Assembly (NCBI GenBank): GCA_040384765.1
Contig: JAZKIQ010000010.1
Span: forward strand, 1-43,171
Source: Patescibacteria group bacterium
GTDB taxonomy: Bacteria > Patescibacteriota > Minisyncoccia > Phycocordibacterales > JBBUBG01
Direction of reading: 5' to 3'
DNA: 43,171 nucleotides
Shown: in pieces, positions 35,650 to 43,171 of the stretch
How the letters are laid out: every line of letters starts with the position of its first letter
Position numbering within the stretch: the first letter of the stretch is position 1
Notes under the pieces: generated by a model
Database searches by the model: none
What the model was told of the DNA's origin: nothing
What the model saw: only the letters and a program-made list of their open reading frames with translations
Position numbers and translations under genes: made by a program

Positions 35650-38600
35650 TTATATTTTTTCGAGGTCGAGCTCATTCCCCTGTCGAATCTCGTCGGCAGA
35701 TACTGCGCGCAAAAGGTCGTCCCGGTATCGAGCAACAATCGCACCAAGAGCTTCGGGGATCGTGAGAATGATCCGATCGGTTGGCACCAGGCCCCGCTCT
35801 TTGCGAAGGTCTTGGATAGAACGGAGAAGCTCGCGATACTCCCCTTCGAGGCGAAGCTCTTCGGTAAGCTCGAGATCAAGCGCGAGCTTCTCGCCAAGAA
35901 CCACCTCTTTCACATTCACCTCATCAGCTACAAGCAGAGGATAAAACGCTTCGATTGGGTCAGAAACAAAGAGGGTACCAAGAGGCTGGCGTACTTTTAT
36001 ATTAGCCTCGGACCGCAGAGCGAGCGCCGCGGCCACTATCTCGCGGGTCTTTTTCATCTTTGAAAGCACCTCTTCATGTACATCACCTGCGACTGGCCAC
36101 GGCGACAGATGAACACTCTCACCCGCATCCAATCCGCGCACAGCCTTGTAGATGTGCTCTGCAAGAAATGGCGTAAACGGAGCCATCACTTTCGCGAGCG
36201 TTTCAAGCACGACGCGCGTCACCTCAGGTGAAAAGTTTTTACGAGACCTGCGAATATACCAGACCGAAAGATCTTCAATAAAATCAGCTATCGGCCACGC
36301 GGCTCGGTCGATCTCATATTTTTCAAGACGAGTTGTCACTTCGCGCACAAGCTCAGCCAATCGTGAGAGAATCCAGTCGTCGAGATCACGCGAAACATTT
36401 CCAGCTTCGCTCTGATTCTGTTCGAAAAACGCGAGAACGTTTGTAAGCCTGCCGATTACCTTCGTAGAAACTTCGGCAACGCCACGCTCAGAAAAGTTGA
36501 GGTCCTCTGCGTGCACGGCCGGAGACGACATCAGATAGTAGCGGAGGGCATCTGCTCCATACTGGTCAATAATCTCAAGCGGGTCAGGATAGTTCTTAAG
36601 CCGCTTCGACATCTTTTGTCCATCGGCAGCAAGCACTGTTCCATTTACCACCACATGGCGAAATGGTGCAGCTTCAAAAAGACCCGTTGAGAGTGCGAGC
36701 AGGTTGTAGAACCAACAACGCGTCTGGTCAACTCCTTCACCGATAAAGTCTGCCGGAAAGGTACGCTCAAATTCTTCTTTATTTTCAAATGGGTAGTGCT
36801 GCTCAGCATACGGCATCGACCCGGACTCAAACCAACAATCAAACACCTCTGGGATACGCAGCATTTTTGCGCCACATGCACAGTCAAACTTCACCTCATC
36901 TATGTATGGTCTATGCAGATCAAGTTCATATGCACCGTTGCGCGGCAGGTGGCGATACTCCACCTCTTTCACCGTAGCGAGATCAAGAAAGTCATCATGC
37001 AAAGAGAGCGTGAGCGCCTGGTTTGCACTAAAACCTTGTGCATCTGCAGCAAGCATCCATAGCGGCGTCTCATGCGCCACGAACAGCACCTTTTTCCCCA
37101 CGATCTTATCCATCGCTTCGCGGAGCGCCGCGCCCACACGCGTACGAATGTCAGTGAGGTTTTCTCCATTTGGCGGGCGCTTGGTAAACCGCTCAGAGAG
37201 GTTGTTGAAATAGGAGCGATACATACTGATCGGCTTCCCATCGAAGTCGCCAAAGTCGATCTCGCGCAAACGCTCATCGTACCGAATTTCTGATACAGGA
37301 ATACCCAAAACCTCTGCCGTAATCTCTGCAGTCTCTCGTGCGCGCGTAATATCTGAAGCAATAATCACCTCGATCCCCTTGTCTTTGAGCTTTTCGGCTG
37401 ATGCACGCGCCTGCTCGCGCCCACGCTCGGTGAGATGAAGCTCAGTCTTTCTGCCACTATCAGCGACTGAATTCACATAATGCGGAGCTTCGCCGTGGCG
37501 CATGAGCCAGATTGGCGTAGATTTCTGGTGAGCAAGCTCAGAGATTGCACCCACCACTTTGGTCTCGCCGCACTCTTTGCACCGCCACACTGGCATAGGA
37601 GCACCCCAAAAGCGCGACCGTGAGATCGCCCAGTCGCGTGCACCTTCGAGCCACTTACCAAAACGACCATCGCGAATATGCTCTGGAGTCCAGCTCGTTT
37701 TCTTATTATTCTCGACCATCTCGTCACGCATCGCAGTAACTTTCACAAACCATGAAGATGCTGCGAAGTTGAGGAGCGGCGTATCGCAGCGCCAGCAATG
37801 CGGGTATGAGTGTACGATCTTCTTCTTTGCAAAGAGAGCGCCCGCTTTTGCAAGATAGCGAATCACCTCCACATCTGTTGATTCGTGCTTCTCTTTAGGC
37901 TTCGCAAAGAGACCCGCAAAGTCGAGCGCCTCTGGCTTCATGATGCCGTTGGTACCCACGTGCTGAATGAACGGCAAACCGTTCTCCTTGGCGAGATTAA
38001 GGTCATCCTCGCCATACGAAGGAGCGATATGCACGATACCCGTACCATCTTCTGCAGTAACAAACGAACCACCGTACACCCGCCACGCCTTCGAAAGATC
38101 CGCGCTCTTGCCGTCGAAGTCTTTAAGGTCGGCCTTCGTGTAATAGCTAAAAAGCGGCGTATATTTTTTACCAACAAGATCCGAACCTTTGATTTCGCCC
38201 ACAACCTCATGCTCTGCCTCAATTGCGGAAAGGCGCTCTTTGGCCACGATGATCACCTCTCCCGTTTCCTTTATTTTTAGTTTTGCATATACAAACTCGG
38301 GATTCACTGCGAGTGCAGCGTTGCCTGGGAGTGACCATGCAGTCGTTGTCCATGCGAGGAGATATGTGTTTGCTTCATCGGAAAGCGCGAACTTCACATA
38401 CACCGAAATATCGGCTATGTCCTTGTATCCTTGATTGACTTCGAAGTTCGCAAGCGTCGTCTCACATCGCGGACACAGGTGCATCGCCTTCCTGCCTTCC
38501 GTAATAAATCCATCATCGTAAAGCTTTTTGAACGCCCACCAGATCGACTCCGTATACGACGAGTCCATCGTCTTGTAGTCATTCGCCATATCAACAAAGC

Positions 38601-39033
38601 GCCCGGTGCGCGGAATGATCCGGCGCCAGTCGTCGGTATACTGAAGCACCATCTTGCGGGCCACATCGTTGAACTTCTCAATACCAAAATCCTCAATATC
38701 TTTTTTTGTTTTGAGGCCAAGCTCTTTTTCTACGAGGTTTTCGATCGGCAACCCATGACAATCCCACCCCCAGCGACGGGGCACGCGATACCCCTGCATT
38801 GTTTTGAAACGAGGAATGACGTCCTTTATCGTACCCGCAAGAAGGTGGCCATAGTGCGGAAGACCTGTGGCAAACGGCGGGCCATCATAGAACACAAATT
38901 CGCCCTTTGGCTTGCCACCGGCCGGTGCCTCGAGCGATTTTTCAAAAATAGCGTTGTCGCGCCAAAACGCCTGCGTCGCCTCTTCGCGCTTGGCAACATC
39001 GCTCTTAGTCGTATCTGAAGTTCGATCAGTCAT
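35650..39033 (-). CDS. ileS: Isoleucine--tRNA ligase (IleRS2 type) with inserted histidine phosphatase domain
   Basis: DGPPFATGLPHYGH, GWDCHGLP, DWAISRSRFWG, EGVDQTR, KMSKR. The insert has RHG at residues 512-514. Confidence 0.97.
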   Translation of the reverse strand: MTDRTSDTTKSDVAKREEATQAFWRDNAIFEKSLEAPAGGKPKGEFVFYDGPPFATGLPHYGHLLAGTIKDVIPRFKTMQGYRVPRRWGWDCHGLPIENLVEKELGLKTKKDIEDFGIEKFNDVARKMVLQYTDDWRRIIPRTGRFVDMANDYKTMDSSYTESIWWAFKKLYDDGFITEGRKAMHLCPRCETTLANFEVNQGYKDIADISVYVKFALSDEANTYLLAWTTTAWSLPGNAALAVNPEFVYAKLKIKETGEVIIVAKERLSAIEAEHEVVGEIKGSDLVGKKYTPLFSYYTKADLKDFDGKSADLSKAWRVYGGSFVTAEDGTGIVHIAPSYGEDDLNLAKENGLPFIQHVGTNGIMKPEALDFAGLFAKPKEKHESTDVEVIRYLAKAGALFAKKKIVHSYPHCWRCDTPLLNFAASSWFVKVTAMRDEMVENNKKTSWTPEHIRDGRFGKWLEGARDWAISRSRFWGAPMPVWRCKECGETKVVGAISELAHQKSTPIWLMRHGEAPHYVNSVADSGRKTELHLTERGREQARASAEKLKDKGIEVIIASDITRARETAEITAEVLGIPVSEIRYDERLREIDFGDFDGKPISMYRSYFNNLSERFTKRPPNGENLTDIRTRVGAALREAMDKIVGKKVLFVAHETPLWMLAADAQGFSANQALTLSLHDDFLDLATVKEVEYRHLPRNGAYELDLHRPYIDEVKFDCACGAKMLRIPEVFDCWFESGSMPYAEQHYPFENKEEFERTFPADFIGEGVDQTRCWFYNLLALSTGLFEAAPFRHVVVNGTVLAADGQKMSKRLKNYPDPLEIIDQYGADALRYYLMSSPAVHAEDLNFSERGVAEVSTKVIGRLTNVLAFFEQNQSEAGNVSRDLDDWILSRLAELVREVTTRLEKYEIDRAAWPIADFIEDLSVWYIRRSRKNFSPEVTRVVLETLAKVMAPFTPFLAEHIYKAVRGLDAGESVHLSPWPVAGDVHEEVLSKMKKTREIVAAALALRSEANIKVRQPLGTLFVSDPIEAFYPLLVADEVNVKEVVLGEKLALDLELTEELRLEGEYRELLRSIQDLRKERGLVPTDRIILTIPEALGAIVARYRDDLLRAVSADEIRQGNELDLEKI

Positions 39034-39068
39034 CCTCTCACTCTAACGAAAAAGCCATAAAAAAGAAA

Positions 39069-39094
39069 ACCGGTCGTCCTGACGGACGACCGGT
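39069..39094. terminator. Terminator of the GC-rich islet
   Basis: accggtcgtcc-tgac-ggacgaccggt followed by a T-tract on the minus strand. Confidence 0.75.
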
Positions 39095-39103
39095 CACAGC
39101 ATC

Positions 39104-39505
39104 TCAGCCCCTTCTGGAAGCAGGGTACGCTTCCTCGAGCTTGGGCATGAGGTCGATCAGCTCGACTCGCATGTCCACGACCTTGCAGGTACGCGCGAGC
39201 GTGCCCGCCTCCTCGAACCCCTTGTAGGCGCTCGATTCTCGAATCTCGGAGAGGAAACTCCCCATCGCGAGGCCGAGCTGCTTGTCGCGGATCTCGCGGA
39301 ACTGCTCGACAGACCCCCCAGCGCTTTCCAGGATAACCCTGAGGTCACGCAAGTTGATCTCGGAAAGAACCTCGTGCATCTCCTTCGCAAGAGCGACTCG
39401 AGCGGCAGGGTCGGGATCCAGCGTAGCCCGCGTGATCATGCCCCGGACCATGCCTGTAACCTGCTCAAATCCGAGCACGCGACCGAACAGATGAAACTCC
39501 AGCAT
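39104..39505 (-). CDS. Hypothetical helical protein
   Basis: ATG at 39505 preceded by GGAGGAGGTGA. Confidence 0.7.
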   Translation of the reverse strand: MLEFHLFGRVLGFEQVTGMVRGMITRATLDPDPAARVALAKEMHEVLSEINLRDLRVILESAGGSVEQFREIRDKQLGLAMGSFLSEIRESSAYKGFEEAGTLARTCKVVDMRVELIDLMPKLEEAYPASRRG

Positions 39506-39650
39506 ATTCTTCACCTCCTCCAAAGAACTTGTCTGATCGCAAAGTCGTTTGCTTTGCGATCACAGTAAGTTGCTCGTGATATAGGTCCACGAGCGCGACC
39601 ACCTCCTTTTAGTGGATCACTTTTGGTGATCTTGTTGAGAACCAACATTC

Positions 39651-40055
39651 CTACGAGCCGATCTTCTCGGCGGCGGCGAAGAGCTTCTTCGCATCGTCGC
39701 CAGAGAGCGAGTTGAGCTCGTCCATGAACGAGCGGGCTTTCTTCCACTCGCCGCACTCCCACACGAGCGAGCGCGGCGGCGGCAGCCCCGTTTCCTGCGT
39801 GGTCTTGATGACCATCGCGTCGAACCGGGCAGTCTTCGGAACCGCGAACTGCTTCGCCTCGCGCTTGGAGGTCTTCGGGCTCCTGACGTACAGGTACCCT
39901 TCCGGGAGCGGCGGACCATCGTGTTCGGTGCCCGCCGCGTCGATGTGGCCCACCACCTCGAGCTCCGAGGGGCAGGCGACGTTGAGCTTGAGCGCCGCAT
40001 CGTTCTGGTCGAGCGCTTCGAACCGAACTCCCCACACCAGTCTCTGCTTTTCCAT
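39651..40055 (-). CDS. Hypothetical protein
   Basis: ATG at 40055 preceded by GAAAGGAAAGGTG; strong G/C third-position bias. Confidence 0.7.
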   Translation of the reverse strand: MEKQRLVWGVRFEALDQNDAALKLNVACPSELEVVGHIDAAGTEHDGPPLPEGYLYVRSPKTSKREAKQFAVPKTARFDAMVIKTTQETGLPPPRSLVWECGEWKKARSFMDELNSLSGDDAKKLFAAAEKIGS

Positions 40056-40097
40056 GAACAGCACCTTTCCTTTCCCGCCGAGGCGAGCTCAGAACTG

Positions 40098-40781
40098 TTA
40101 GCGAATCGCGCTGGCCACGATGTACGGCGCGATCCGGAAGCTGCGCATTCGCATGATGAAGTTCCAGTCGACGTTCACGAGCCTCTTGCCGCGCCGGTCG
40201 GCGTAGCAGGAATCCTTGTAGACGCCGTTGCCATCCGGAGACACTTCCACCCCGAGAGCATCGAGCCAGAGCACCTGCTCGCCGAGCGCCCGGTGATGCG
40301 TGTAGAGGTACGACAGCATGATGACCGGGTCGATCGGGTAGTTGTGCGCGTCCTCGATCTTCTCGAGCGCATCGTCAGGAGCGAGCCCCTGAATGTCGAA
40401 GCGCACTGGCACCGCCATAAAGTCACCCGGGAAGAGCGACTCAATGTAGGTGTAGAAGCTGTGGCAGCTGGGCCTCGACTTCACGTACTTCTCGACGTGT
40501 CCGCGGTCGAGGCCGAAGCCGGGAAGGTTGTCCTCGAGAGGAAACCCTTCCTCTCTGAGCATGTCTCCCATCGCTCCATACGCCGTCGCCGCACCGCACT
40601 TCTCGAGGCTGCTCCACTTCGGAGCGACCAGCGTCCCGTGAGGGACCTTGGGGTCGAACACGTTGTTGAAACGCATCTCGGCACCGAAATCCCACTTTCC
40701 CTTGCCACCGATCACCGTGAGCGCGCACAGCCTGTGCAGCTGCTCGTCGGGCGGCTGGGTAGTCGAGATAGGCTCGTACAT
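40098..40781 (-). CDS. Hypothetical protein
   Basis: ATG at 40781 preceded by AAGGGAAGGTG; TGCTATAAT extended -10 near 40900. Confidence 0.72.
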   Translation of the reverse strand: MYEPISTTQPPDEQLHRLCALTVIGGKGKWDFGAEMRFNNVFDPKVPHGTLVAPKWSSLEKCGAATAYGAMGDMLREEGFPLEDNLPGFGLDRGHVEKYVKSRPSCHSFYTYIESLFPGDFMAVPVRFDIQGLAPDDALEKIEDAHNYPIDPVIMLSYLYTHHRALGEQVLWLDALGVEVSPDGNGVYKDSCYADRRGKRLVNVDWNFIMRMRSFRIAPYIVASAIR

Positions 40782-40927
40782 CGAAGATGCACCTTCCCTT
40801 TCGGACCGAAGTCCCTGTTTAGTATCAGTAAATGTGCTTTGGCCCCTACCTTTGCGAGCCAAATCTCGTACTAGAAACCTAATGTGAGACAGTATAAATT
40901 ATAGCACTTTTTTGTATAAAAGTCAAT

Positions 40928-40961
40928 GCAAAAAGAGCCTTATGGATAAGGCTCTTTTTGC
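40928..40961. terminator. Terminator downstream of tmk, 16 bp perfect arms
   Basis: gcaaaaagagccttat-gg-ataaggctctttttgc. Confidence 0.85.
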
Positions 40962-40982
40962 TGTTTTAAACTACTCTTTCTT

Positions 40983-41726
40983 CTACAAAATCCGGCCCAC
41001 TTTCTCAAAAATCATCTCCGCGATGCGCTCGCGCGGAAGGATATCATTCCCTTCTGAGCAGTCGATCTTCACCCAGTTGTTTTTCTCCTTCACGATCGCA
41101 AGAGCTCCTTGCTGGGACTGAAAGAGATACCGTGTATTGCGCTCCGCATCATCTGGAAATCCACCCGCTTCTTGAGCACGCTTCGCGATAAGAGCAAGCG
41201 ATACCTCGAGCGGAAGGTGCAGGTACAAAATAAGGTCGGGCCGCGGGAGCTTCAGTGCGCCGTGCTCAAGCTGGTCGAGCCAACCGAGAAATTCACGGCG
41301 CTCCTTTTCGTCGGCGATCTTTCCACCCTGATGCATCTGGTTCGCGCTTGTGTACCGATCGGCTATCACATGATAGCCACTCTCGAGCCACTCTCGTATC
41401 TCATCGGACGATTCGTACCGATCAGCAGCATAGAGCACAGAAGCGATACGAGGAGACATCGAGACAAAATCTCCATGCTTGCCATCAAGGCACTCGCGGA
41501 TAAGCCGACCAACTATGTTGTCTTTGTATCGCGGGAAGTCGATCGTCTTTACCGGTATCCCCTCTTTCTTGAGCCGCTCCACAAGCAGCTTTACCTGCGT
41601 TGCCTTTCCCGAGCCATCAGTGCCATCGATTACGATCAATTTCCCAGGTCGCGCTTTTCCCGCGACCTTCCTCTTCCCAATCGCTCCCTTCTTCTTTGCC
41701 GCGACCACTCGAGTTTTCTTTTTCAT
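40983..41726 (-). CDS. tmk: Thymidylate kinase
   Basis: IVIDGTDGSGKATQ, LYAADR, ADRY, PRPDLILYL. Confidence 0.9.
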   Translation of the reverse strand: MKKKTRVVAAKKKGAIGKRKVAGKARPGKLIVIDGTDGSGKATQVKLLVERLKKEGIPVKTIDFPRYKDNIVGRLIRECLDGKHGDFVSMSPRIASVLYAADRYESSDEIREWLESGYHVIADRYTSANQMHQGGKIADEKERREFLGWLDQLEHGALKLPRPDLILYLHLPLEVSLALIAKRAQEAGGFPDDAERNTRYLFQSQQGALAIVKEKNNWVKIDCSEGNDILPRERIAEMIFEKVGRIL

Positions 41727-41735
41727 AAAGGTTAG

Positions 41736-41854
41736 AGAACGGCCGCTACGGATGTTACTTTCGGGAAACTAGATGAGGCGACTGGCCCAATCTCGAGGAA
41801 TTTTCTACCAAGAAAATATCCGTGTTTCCGAAAGCAACGTCCGTAGCGGCTTCT
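41736..41854. repeat. ~120 bp palindromic element between glyA and tmk
   Basis: gccgctacggatgttactttcgg pairs with ccgaaagcaacgtccgtagcggc. Confidence 0.8.
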
Positions 41855-41857
41855 GCG

Positions 41858-43027
41858 TTATTTTCTGAGAGCAAGATCAATCTTCTCGGCAATCTTTTTA
41901 AAATCTTTCTCTTTTTTGCCGCGCGTTGTTTCCGCCGCCGCCCCCACGCGAATACCGCTTGGGTCTACCGGCGAACGCATATCGCCAGGGATCGTATTTT
42001 TGTTCACAATAATCCCCGCGCTTTCAAGCCGCTCCGACGCCTCTTTGCCGCCAATCCCCTTACCGCCCTGCCAAGTATCAACTAGCAAGAGGTGTGTATC
42101 GGTACCACCTGACACGATGCGCCAACCGCGCTCTTCGAGCTCTTTGCCAAGCGCCTGGGCGTTCTTGATAACCTGTTTTGCATAGGCACGAAACGCGACA
42201 CTCTTTGCCTCGGCAAGAGCAACAGCTACTCCTGCAATCTGGTTGAGATGTGGGCCACCCTGAAGGCCAGGGAAAACCGCTTTGTCGATCGAGTCGGCAA
42301 GCTTGTTTGCACTCTTTGAAAAGATCATCGCACTTCGAGGGCCACGCAATGTTTTGTGCGTGGTGGTGGTCACCACATCTGCATACGGAAAAGGCGACGG
42401 ATACGCCTTGCCCGCAATGAGCCCAGCAATATGAGACATGTCGACCATCAAATATGCACCGCACGCATCAGCAACGGCTCGCATGCGCGCCCAGTCGATA
42501 ATACGCGGATACGCAGTGTACCCTGCAACGATGAGCTTTGGCTTTTCGGCCTTTGCCATTTTGAAAAGCGCATCGTAGTCGAGCTGCTCAGTCGCAGAGT
42601 CTACGCCATACGGAATCTGTTTCCAGATCTTCCCGGAAGCAGATACTTTGTGGCCGTGCGTGAGATGCCCACCATCTGAAAGGTTCATCCCCATAATCTT
42701 CTCTCCCTGTGGTACAAGCGCGAGGTACACAGCGAGGTTTGCAGGCGAGCCCGAGAGCGGCTGCACATTCACACTCCAGACAGATGGATCAAGCTCAAAA
42801 AGTGCAAGCGCACGCTTCTCCGCAAGCTTTTCTATCTCATCAACAATCTCATTGCCCCCGTAGTAGCGCCGGCCAGGATACCCCTCTGCATATTTATTGG
42901 TGAGCTCGGAGCCGAGAGCTGCAAGCACATCTTTTGAAACATAGTTTTCAGAAGCGATCAGGTTGATCACGCTTCCCTGTCGCTTCTTTTCGGCACCAAT
43001 CAACTTTTCGATCTGTTTGTCTTTCAT
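41858..43027 (-). CDS. glyA: Serine hydroxymethyltransferase
   Basis: LIASEN, NKYAEGYPGRRYYGG, GGHLTHG, TTTTHKTLRGPR. Confidence 0.99.
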   Translation of the reverse strand: MKDKQIEKLIGAEKKRQGSVINLIASENYVSKDVLAALGSELTNKYAEGYPGRRYYGGNEIVDEIEKLAEKRALALFELDPSVWSVNVQPLSGSPANLAVYLALVPQGEKIMGMNLSDGGHLTHGHKVSASGKIWKQIPYGVDSATEQLDYDALFKMAKAEKPKLIVAGYTAYPRIIDWARMRAVADACGAYLMVDMSHIAGLIAGKAYPSPFPYADVVTTTTHKTLRGPRSAMIFSKSANKLADSIDKAVFPGLQGGPHLNQIAGVAVALAEAKSVAFRAYAKQVIKNAQALGKELEERGWRIVSGGTDTHLLLVDTWQGGKGIGGKEASERLESAGIIVNKNTIPGDMRSPVDPSGIRVGAAAETTRGKKEKDFKKIAEKIDLALRK

Positions 43028-43127
43028 CCCGTTAGAAATTTTAACGATTAAGGAGTTTCGGAAATGAACCCGCTAGTTTCTTTTCGTCCATTTACCGCAA
43101 AAGGCGGCTTATGAATTTCTAACGGGA
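43027..43127. mobile_element. ~100 bp MITE-like element with terminal inverted repeats and an apparent target-site duplication
   Basis: TIRs tcccgttagaaatt / aatttctaacggga; ttca(t) is present on both flanks (43023-43027 and 43128-43132). Confidence 0.65.
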
Positions 43128-43171
43128 TTCATGGATACAGAAGCGAAAAGGTTAGATCATAGTTTTAAAAA

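Noticed and set aside
36925-37533. Intein or intron in ileS
   Set aside because: No intein terminal residues or homing-endonuclease motifs; the insert is in frame and has phosphatase motifs.
39921-40874. 317 aa plus-strand ORF
   Set aside because: It is antisense to SD-led minus-strand genes in GC-rich DNA, where stops are scarce.

Overview
A 43 kb bacterial chromosomal segment in the standard genetic code. Its gene content and families look like Patescibacteria/CPR, probably Parcubacteria (inference). The left third is a cell-surface region. It holds a giant (>1947 aa) repeat protein that the ORF track missed because it runs off the window edge, with an N-terminal HTH, a hydrophobic helix and about 8 mosaic repeats. 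It also holds a wHTH/degenerate-nucleotidyltransferase protein, rplJ-rplL with an L10 leader, a four-gene TPR / lamin-tail-PKD / small membrane protein / phospholipase C-like cassette, and an S-layer-like peptidoglycan-binding protein. The rest is mostly housekeeping: ftsK, recA, Nudix, ECF sigma plus partner, efp, rpsF-ssb-rpsR, tatD, metG, AI-2E transporter, M16 peptidase, glyQS, recO, ileS, tmk and glyA, plus a small GC-rich islet of unrecognised ORFs. The main oddities are an in-frame TAG in an otherwise intact recA, a ~200 aa histidine-phosphatase domain inserted in IleRS, a non-canonical EF-P loop, -10 boxes 6-8 nt before many ATGs (leaderless mRNAs), and several families of palindromic intergenic elements that abut start codons. 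No rRNA, tRNA, CRISPR array, transposase or reverse transcriptase was seen.
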